Part shown: piece after piece, positions 26,190 through 27,882 of the stretch
Position numbering within the stretch: position 1 is the first letter of the stretch
How the letters are laid out: each line of letters opens with the position of its first letter
NCBI GenBank assembly: GCA_964464855.1
Contig: CAYXHJ010000001.1
Coordinates: forward strand, 1-27,882
Source: an uncultured Owenweeksia sp.
Lineage (GTDB): Bacteria > Bacteroidota > Bacteroidia > Flavobacteriales > Schleiferiaceae
DNA: 27,882 nucleotides
Reading direction: 5' to 3'
The notes under the pieces: model-generated
Told to the model about the DNA's origin: nothing
What the model saw: only the letters and a program-made list of their open reading frames with translations
The model's database searches: none
Made by a program: the position numbers and the translations under genes

Positions 26190-27623
26190 TTAAAATTCGG
26201 CCTTGCCCGGGGTGCGCGGGAAGGGAATGACGTCCCGGATGTTCCCCATGCCGGTGATGAATTGCACCATACGTTCAAAGCCCATGCCAAATCCTGCGTG
26301 GACGCACGTGCCAAATTTGCGGGTGTCCAAGTACCAGTCCAAGTGTTCCGGATCGATTCCAACCGCCTTCATTTTTTCCACCAAGACGTCGTGGCGTTCC
26401 TCGCGCTGGCTGCCGCCGATGATTTCGCCAATTCCGGGGAAGAGGACGTCCATGGCGCGGACGGTTTTGCCGTCTTCGTTCAAGCGCATGTAGAAAGCCT
26501 TGATGTTGGCGGGATAGTCGTACAGGATGACCGGTGCTTTGAAATGCTTTTCCACCAAATACCGCTCGTGTTCGGACTGGAGGTCAATGCCCCAACCCTC
26601 AACGGGGTACTGGAATTGTTTCTTTTGGTTGGGCTTGGAGCGCTGGAGGATTTCCACGGCCTCGGTGTAGGTGAGGCGGACGAAAGGATTGTCCAAAACA
26701 AAGCGCAATTTGTCCAAGAGCCCTTGTTCGGAGCGCTGCTCTTTTGGTTTTTGCTGTTCTTCTTCGGCCAGGCGCTGATCCAAAAAGGCCAGATCTTCAG
26801 GACAACGTTCCAATACGTATGCAATGATGCTTTTCGAAAACGCTTCCGCCAAATCCATGTTGGCATGGAGGTCGTAAAACGCCATTTCCGGTTCAATCAT
26901 CCAAAACTCGGCCAGGTGGCGTGCGGTGTTGGAATTCTCGGCTCGAAAGGTGGGGCCAAAGGTGTAGATTTTGCTTAAGGCCATGGCGCCCAATTCCCCT
27001 TCCAATTGACCGCTTACGGTAAGGTTGGTGGATTTGCCAAAAAAGTCTTGGGCAAAGTCCACCTCACCGGCGTCGTTGGTGGGGGCGTTTTGAGGCGGGA
27101 GGGTGGTGACGCGAAACATTTCACCGGCACCTTCTGCATCGGATGCGGTGATGATGGGCGTGTTGAGGTAGAAAAAGCCTTGTTCGTTGAAGAAACGGTG
27201 CACGGCAAAAGCCGCGTGGTGACGCACCCGCATGACCGCGCCAAAGGTGTTGGTTCGCATGCGCAAATGCGCAATTTCCCGCAAGAATTCCAGCGAATGC
27301 TTTTTGGGCTGCAGCGGGTAATCTTCCGGATTGGAATCGCCCAAGATTTCCAATTTGGTCACGGCCAACTCTACGGACTGTCCTTTTCCTTGGGATGCGG
27401 TCAGGGTTCCGGTGACCCGAATGCAAGCCGACGTGGTGATGCGCTTGAGAAACTCCGGTTCGAACGCTTCAAAATCCACCACGCACTGCAGGTTGTCCAA
27501 ACAAGAACCGTCGTTCAACGCAATGAAGCGGTTGCTGCGGAACGTTCGAACCCAGCCGGAAACCGTAAGCGGTTGGTCGGAGGGGGAAAGCTTGAGGATG
27601 TCGCGTATGGCCTGCTGTGGCAT
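26190..27623 (-). CDS. asnS: Asparagine--tRNA ligase
   Basis: OB-fold VSGWVRTFR...[72 protein letters not shown] and GFGMGFER. Start placed at MPQQAI (27623). Confidence 0.96.
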   Translation of the reverse strand: MPQQAIRDILKLSPSDQPLTVSGWVRTFRSNRFIALNDGSCLDNLQCVVDFEAFEPEFLKRITTSACIRVTGTLTASQGKGQSVELAVTKLEILGDSNPEDYPLQPKKHSLEFLREIAHLRMRTNTFGAVMRVRHHAAFAVHRFFNEQGFFYLNTPIITASDAEGAGEMFRVTTLPPQNAPTNDAGEVDFAQDFFGKSTNLTVSGQLEGELGAMALSKIYTFGPTFRAENSNTARHLAEFWMIEPEMAFYDLHANMDLAEAFSKSIIAYVLERCPEDLAFLDQRLAEEEQQKPKEQRSEQGLLDKLRFVLDNPFVRLTYTEAVEILQRSKPNQKKQFQYPVEGWGIDLQSEHERYLVEKHFKAPVILYDYPANIKAFYMRLNEDGKTVRAMDVLFPGIGEIIGGSQREERHDVLVEKMKAVGIDPEHLDWYLDTRKFGTCVHAGFGMGFERMVQFITGMGNIRDVIPFPRTPGKAEF

Positions 27624-27752
27624 GATTCGTGATGGGGATGGTTTCGCTCTTGCAAAAGTGCGCAATCTGCGCCAATTATGGAACCGCGCAAACAATAATT
27701 GCATCCGACCGCAAATAGGGGGGCATTATTTAGAAAAATTCAAGAAAACCAG

Positions 27753-27781
27753 GGAAACATTTTATTATGTAAAACGTTTCC
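27753..27781. promoter_or_regulatory. Inverted repeat GGAAACATTTTA-TTATG-TAAAACGTTTCC, candidate transcription-factor operator
   Basis: 12-bp arms with one mismatch and a 5-bp spacer, 6 bp upstream of a perfect -7 element. Confidence 0.55.
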
Positions 27782-27787
27782 TATGCG

Positions 27788-27795
27788 TACCTTTG
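27788..27795 (+). promoter_or_regulatory. -7 element TACCTTTG for a gene starting near the right edge
   Basis: Perfect TAnnTTTG followed by CA. Confidence 0.7.
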
Positions 27796-27855
27796 CACCC
27801 GATTTCGCAAAGTTATAGCTCCGTTTTTGCAAATTGCGACCGCAACTACCTGAAA

Positions 27856-27882
27856 ATGAACCCCGTGGAAGACGCACCCAAA
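27856..27882 (+). CDS. Probable start of a CDS (MNPVEDAPK...) running off the window
   Basis: ATG after an A-rich stretch (TGAAA) about 60 bp downstream of the -7 element. Only 9 codons are visible, so the product is unknown. Confidence 0.35.

Overview
This 27.9-kb window is from a GC-rich member of the Bacteroidota. The evidence is a SusC/SusD pair, type A and type B T9SS cargo proteins, and TAnnTTTG promoter elements. The left ~15 kb is an alpha-glucan/maltose utilisation locus joined to a glycolysis operon. The minus-strand operon is pfkA-gap-BadF-family sugar kinase-pgmB-GH65 maltose phosphorylase (the last runs off the window). Divergent from it are an NrtR/AraR-type Nudix-wHTH regulator and an SLC45/GPH-like MFS transporter. 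Converging on these is susC-susD-small T9SS-secreted CBM-like protein-GH13 neopullulanase-like enzyme. The same palindrome core TGTA-N5-TACA occurs twice in the pfkA/regulator divergent promoter and once at the susC promoter, which suggests one Nudix-type regulator couples glucan import to glycolysis. The right half is mostly housekeeping: bacilliredoxin, a LolA-like protein plus a two-permease ABC exporter, uvrC, a type B T9SS cargo, a PAP2-like membrane protein, rpoN and asnS. It also holds a structured non-coding segment between brx and susC and an operator-like inverted repeat at the right edge. No mobile elements, CRISPR arrays, tRNAs or rRNAs were seen. All calls are by inspection; no searches were run.
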